A DNA stretch of 64,000 nt, from assembly GCA_965213625.1 (NCBI GenBank), contig CBDBZU010000004.1:288001-352000 (forward strand). The letters are read 5' to 3'. The translations under genes and the position numbers were made by a program. This document shows positions 59,993-64,000 of the stretch, piece by piece. The notes under the pieces are model-generated. The model worked only from the letters and a program-made list of their open reading frames with translations. It did no database searches and was not told where the DNA came from. The DNA comes from a bacterium (GTDB taxonomy: Bacteria; UBA8248). The stretch's first letter is position 1, and every line of letters begins with the position of its first letter.

Positions 59993-61129
59993 ATGGTCCA
60001 ATGGCTCGGCATCGGCCATCTTTTCGAGCTTTCACGCTCAGAAGCGATCGCGGGGTTTTTCACGCCATTGCTCGTCTTCGCCGCCTTTTTCGTGGTGCAG
60101 CTCGTGCTGCCGGGAAGATGGGTTCCCGGCTACGTGATTGACCCCAAGACGGGCGAACCCCGCAAATACCGCCTGAACGGTCTTCTGGTATTCATAGTCG
60201 CCGAGATCGTGTGGGCTTTCGAACTCACCGGGATGCCGCGTGATTGGTTCTACCGCTCCACGATCTACGCCGTGGCCGGCGGAACGGTATTCACCGCCGT
60301 ATTCGCCCTCATCGCGGTGTACAGCCGGCCTGTGGGGGAGGAAAAGAATCCGCTCCTGGCGCTGTGGGACGGGCGGGCGCAGGAGTTTTCGTTTTTCGGC
60401 GACCGCTTCGACGTAAAGATGTATCTCTACGTCGTCGGCGGAACGATGCTCTCACTGAACGCCCTCTCCGGAATGGCTTACCACCTGGAGCGCTTCGGCG
60501 CGGACGCCAACCCCGGCGTTATCCTGTATGCGGGGTTCTTCACGTTCTACGTTCTGGACTACTTCATCTTCGAGCGCGTCCAGCTCTACACTTACGATCT
60601 GATCCACGAGCGCCTCGGCTTCAAGCTGCTCTGGGGCGGCCTCGTGGTCTACGGGTGGATGTTCATCCTCCCGCTCTGGGGGATGGCCGCTCACCCGAAC
60701 CCCGGGTTCTCGCCGGGATGGACTTACTTTTGGATCTTTGGAACGACTGCGCTGTTCCTGCTCGGGTGGGGTATCGGGCGCGGCGCCAACCTGCAGAAGT
60801 ACACTTTCAAAAGGTGGCCCGAGCGCAAGTTCCTTGGCATCGAGCCCGTCTACATCGAGGCCGGCGACCGCAAGATTCTCTGCAGCGGCCTGTGGGGCGT
60901 CGCCCGGCACTTCAACTACATGGGCGAGGGGTTCCTCGCCCTCTCCATCGCCCTGGTGTTCGGTCATTTCACGAATCCCTGGGCCTGGACCTACTTCGTC
61001 TTCATCGTCTCGTTCTTCACCTGCCGCCAGCGTTATGACGAAGCCTACTGCGCCGAGAAATACGGCCCCGAGAAGTGGGCGGAGTACCAGGCGCGGGTGA
61101 AGTACCGGATTTTCCCCGGCGTTTATTGA
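59993..61129 (+). CDS. ERG4/ERG24-like (sterol reductase family) membrane protein
   Basis: VPGY...KYRLNGL, YDLIHERLGFKLLWG, RGANLQKYTFK, SGLWGVARHFNYMGE, RQRYDEAYCAEKYG and YQARVKYRIFPGVY. Confidence 0.85.
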   Translation: MVQWLGIGHLFELSRSEAIAGFFTPLLVFAAFFVVQLVLPGRWVPGYVIDPKTGEPRKYRLNGLLVFIVAEIVWAFELTGMPRDWFYRSTIYAVAGGTVFTAVFALIAVYSRPVGEEKNPLLALWDGRAQEFSFFGDRFDVKMYLYVVGGTMLSLNALSGMAYHLERFGADANPGVILYAGFFTFYVLDYFIFERVQLYTYDLIHERLGFKLLWGGLVVYGWMFILPLWGMAAHPNPGFSPGWTYFWIFGTTALFLLGWGIGRGANLQKYTFKRWPERKFLGIEPVYIEAGDRKILCSGLWGVARHFNYMGEGFLALSIALVFGHFTNPWAWTYFVFIVSFFTCRQRYDEAYCAEKYGPEKWAEYQARVKYRIFPGVY

Positions 61130-61512
61130 TAGCGCTTCGCGCGCATGTCGGCGATTCTTTACTCCTGAGCGCGCCGCCAGAAACTGCGAATTCTTCTTCA
61201 TGAGGCGCAGGCGCGCGCAAAACCACCGCCAATCAACAGCGAAAAATACCAGCCAAGGAATGAGCGGGCTTTTCAGCCGGCTCAAATTCGACATGGTTAT
61301 CCCTGGCTCTCACTCTCATCGGACGGGAGCCACGGCCTAAAACTCCCCTCCCACCCCCCCATTCAAGCGGGTTGCGCCGCACCTACACTCTCAATTGCGG
61401 ACAGGGGTCGCTCATGCTATCCTCACCGCAAAAATCAGGACATTTTATTCTGCTTTCCGGGGAACGGACTTGCCCTGGAACCAATCCTCCAATTCGTAAA
61501 AGGAGCACTGCA

Positions 61513-62535
61513 ATGTGGCGTAAATGGAAACGGATTCTCCCGGTTATCGCAGCGCTTGCGCTTTCGCTCACGCTCACCAGCGCCGCCCCCGCCGCTGATA
61601 AGGTCATCCTCACCCAGCCGGTGGACAGCCTGAGCTTCTTCCCCATCTACGTGGGGCGGATAAAAGGGTTTTTCAAGGAAGAGGGCCTCACCCTGGACGT
61701 GAAGGCCACGGCGGGCGGCGGACCGCACCTGACGGCCGTCCTGGCGGGCAAGGCCGAGTTCACCGCCAGCCCGGGCACCTACCAGTTGAACGCGCTGAAC
61801 TCCGGCAAGCGGGCCATCGGCTTCGTGGACCTCTTAAGGCGCAACATCATCGGTATGGTCATCCACAAGGACGCCGCCAAGAAAGCGGGCATCAAGGACG
61901 GCATGCCGCTCATGGAGAAGGTCAAGCGCGCGAAGGGCCTCAAGGTCGGCGTGACGCGGCCGGGCGCCCTCACCGACGTGCTCGCCCGCAACCTGCTGGG
62001 CCGCGCCATGATGAAGGTACCCGCGGACGTGCGCATCCTCGCCGTGGGCGGCGGCGGCACCATGCTGCCGGCATTCAAGAACCGCAAGATCGACATCTTC
62101 ACCATCTCCACGCCGCATCCCGAACGCATGCTCTCCCAGGGGCTCGGCATCTGGTTCGTGAACTGGGCGGCCGGCGAGGACAAGGCCATCAAGGAGTTCA
62201 TGATGACGGCCGTCATGGCCACGCCCAAGCTCATGAAGGAGCGCCCCCGCCTCGTCAAGCGGATGGCGCGCGCGGTCATGAAGTCCCAGAAATACATCCA
62301 GAAGACGTCCATCGAGCAGCTCACCAAGGACATGACGCCCTTCTTCGGCAAGCGCGTCACGCCCGAGGCCCTGCGCATCTCGGTCGCCACGGTGAAGGGC
62401 GCGGTCAACCCGACCGGCAAGATGACGGATGAAGCCGTCCAGACCACGTTCAACATCATGAAGAGCGGCGGCAAGCTCAAGAACCTCAAGAGCGTCAAGC
62501 GCAGCGACGTGTGGACGGACGAGTTTTTGAAGTAA
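61513..62535 (+). CDS. ABC transporter substrate-binding protein (NitT/TauT/SsuA type)
   Basis: Signal peptide, FFPIYVG..KGFFKEEGL, AVLAG.AEF and KGLKVGVTRPG. Confidence 0.85.
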   Translation: MWRKWKRILPVIAALALSLTLTSAAPAADKVILTQPVDSLSFFPIYVGRIKGFFKEEGLTLDVKATAGGGPHLTAVLAGKAEFTASPGTYQLNALNSGKRAIGFVDLLRRNIIGMVIHKDAAKKAGIKDGMPLMEKVKRAKGLKVGVTRPGALTDVLARNLLGRAMMKVPADVRILAVGGGGTMLPAFKNRKIDIFTISTPHPERMLSQGLGIWFVNWAAGEDKAIKEFMMTAVMATPKLMKERPRLVKRMARAVMKSQKYIQKTSIEQLTKDMTPFFGKRVTPEALRISVATVKGAVNPTGKMTDEAVQTTFNIMKSGGKLKNLKSVKRSDVWTDEFLK

Positions 62536-62634
62536 GCGGGTTTATTTGGCATTTAGAACAGCCCCCTACCGGTTAGGGGGTTGATGAAAAAGCTTCAGGA
62601 AGTGATGTTGGGTTGTACGCTCGCTTTTGACGTT

Positions 62635-62783
62635 CACTCCCCCCTTGAGGGGGAGTCGATGAAGCCGAGCGAATTTTGCGAAGGCTGAATCGGTGGGGGG
62701 ACATGCCACAGAAAAGCTCCCCCCACCAGCGCGGCTTCGGGCTAAAGCCCTCGACTTGCTGACTCCCCCTCAAGGGGGGAGTG
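62635..62783. repeat. REP-like inverted pair inside the ABC operon
   Basis: CACTCCCCCCTTGAGGGGGAGTC ... GACTCCCCCTCAAGGGGGGAGTG, with a related core at 55801-55816. Confidence 0.75.
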
Positions 62784-62818
62784 GTTGTTGGGGGACTCTG
62801 CAATGGGAGCATGATTTC

Positions 62819-63598
62819 GTGACGGCGTCTTTGTCCATCCGGCAGGTCGGCAAGCGGTTCCTCTCGCGGGGGACCATCGTCCATGCGATGTCCGACGTGA
62901 ACCTCGAAGTTGGCGAGGGGGAGTTCGTGACCATCGTCGGGCCGAGCGGGTGCGGCAAGAGCACCCTGCTGAACATCCTGGCCGGGCTCTTCCCCCCCAG
63001 TGGCGGGGAGGTGCATTTCCGGGGCGAGCGCACCCGCGGGCTGAACCCCGAGATCGGCTACGTGACCCAGCAGGACAACCTGCTGCCCTGGCGGACCTTG
63101 CGCAAGAACGTGCTGCTCCCCCTGGAGTTCCGCGGGGTGTCCGTCTCGAACGGCGTCGCCGAACGCGTGCAGAACCTCATCGACAAGGTGGGCCTCTCGG
63201 GCTTCGAGAACCACTACCCGCATGAGCTCTCAGGCGGCATGCGCCAACGCGTGAACATCATCCGCACCCTGATATGCGACCCCCGCGTCATCCTGATGGA
63301 CGAACCCTTCGGCCCCCTGGACGCCCAGACGCGCCTGACGCTCCAGAACCAGTTGCTCGAGCTCTGGCGCGAAGAACGAAAGACCATCGTCTTCATCACG
63401 CACGACCTGGCCGAAGCCATCACGCTGGCCGACCGCGTGGTCGTGATGACGGGCCGCCCCGGAACCATCAAGAGCGTCACTCCGGTGACTATCCCCCGGC
63501 CGCGCGACGTCTACCACATCCATGACTCGCAGGCCTACCGCGAAATCTACGACAAGCTCTGGGAAGAACTCAGAGACGAAGTGGCAAAGGTGATGTAA
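62819..63598 (+). CDS. ABC transporter ATP-binding protein (TauB/SsuB type)
   Basis: [27 protein letters not shown] and ITHDL. Likely GTG start at 62819. Confidence 0.9.
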   Translation: MTASLSIRQVGKRFLSRGTIVHAMSDVNLEVGEGEFVTIVGPSGCGKSTLLNILAGLFPPSGGEVHFRGERTRGLNPEIGYVTQQDNLLPWRTLRKNVLLPLEFRGVSVSNGVAERVQNLIDKVGLSGFENHYPHELSGGMRQRVNIIRTLICDPRVILMDEPFGPLDAQTRLTLQNQLLELWREERKTIVFITHDLAEAITLADRVVVMTGRPGTIKSVTPVTIPRPRDVYHIHDSQAYREIYDKLWEELRDEVAKVM

Positions 63599-64000
63599 TG
63601 GCTAAAACCGACGAAGTGAAATCCGCGCCCCCCGAGGATCTGGACCTCCTCCTGCCTCCCGAAGTAACGGGTCTGCGCCTGCTGTGGTGGCGGGTGCGCA
63701 ACGCCGAGGAACTCCGGTGGGTGCGCGTGGCGGCCCTGCGCGTCATCTTCGGCGTCATCATGATCGTACTGTGGGAATCCGCATCGGGCACCCTGATCGA
63801 CCACCGCACCATCTCCAGCCCGAGTCTGCTCGTAACGTCTTTCTTCGAGATATCGGACCCGGCCAACCCGGACGGCTCCTTGTGGGTTCATTTCTCCTAC
63901 ACGGTGGAGAATACCTTCTGGGGCTATCTCCTCGGCGCCCTGGCCGGGATCATGTTCGGCTTCCTGCTGGCGGAAATCGAGGTCGTGGCCCTGGTCATCG
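63598..64000 (+). CDS. ABC transporter permease (TauC/SsuC type, runs off the window)
   Basis: ATG overlaps the previous stop. VIFGVIMIVLWESAS...ISSPS...LWVHFSYTVENTFWGYLLGALAG. Confidence 0.8.
   Translation, partial: MAKTDEVKSAPPEDLDLLLPPEVTGLRLLWWRVRNAEELRWVRVAALRVIFGVIMIVLWESASGTLIDHRTISSPSLLVTSFFEISDPANPDGSLWVHFSYTVENTFWGYLLGALAGIMFGFLLAEIEVVALVI

Overview
GC-rich bacterial chromosomal window. It carries many organic-nutrient uptake and catabolism genes: urtA, TctABC, two ABC systems, a TRAP system with a Zn-dehydrogenase, an amidase, two hydantoinase/oxoprolinase A+B sets and a sterol-reductase-like gene. It also has a core ffs-dnaX-ybaB-recR block and tRNA-Ser(GCT), followed by a 2.4 kb islet bounded by a duplicated tRNA 3' end. 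A roughly 20 kb accessory stretch (about 28.7-49.0 kb) holds a decayed group II intron, higBA and serine-recombinase remnants, TbpB-like lipoproteins, an ssb/DUF4326/SLOG module and tandem tyrosine integrases. The strongest hidden signal is a two-gene operon at 27499-28535 that the ORF track splits into pieces: an OsmC-like peroxiredoxin and a DUF442-like sulfurtransferase. Each has an in-frame UGA exactly at the catalytic Cys position, followed 10-12 nt later by a SECIS-like hairpin, which suggests a tandem selenoprotein operon. Nearby is a possible catalytic/degenerate pair of MBL-fold di-iron proteins. All family assignments come from motif recognition by eye; no database searches were run.
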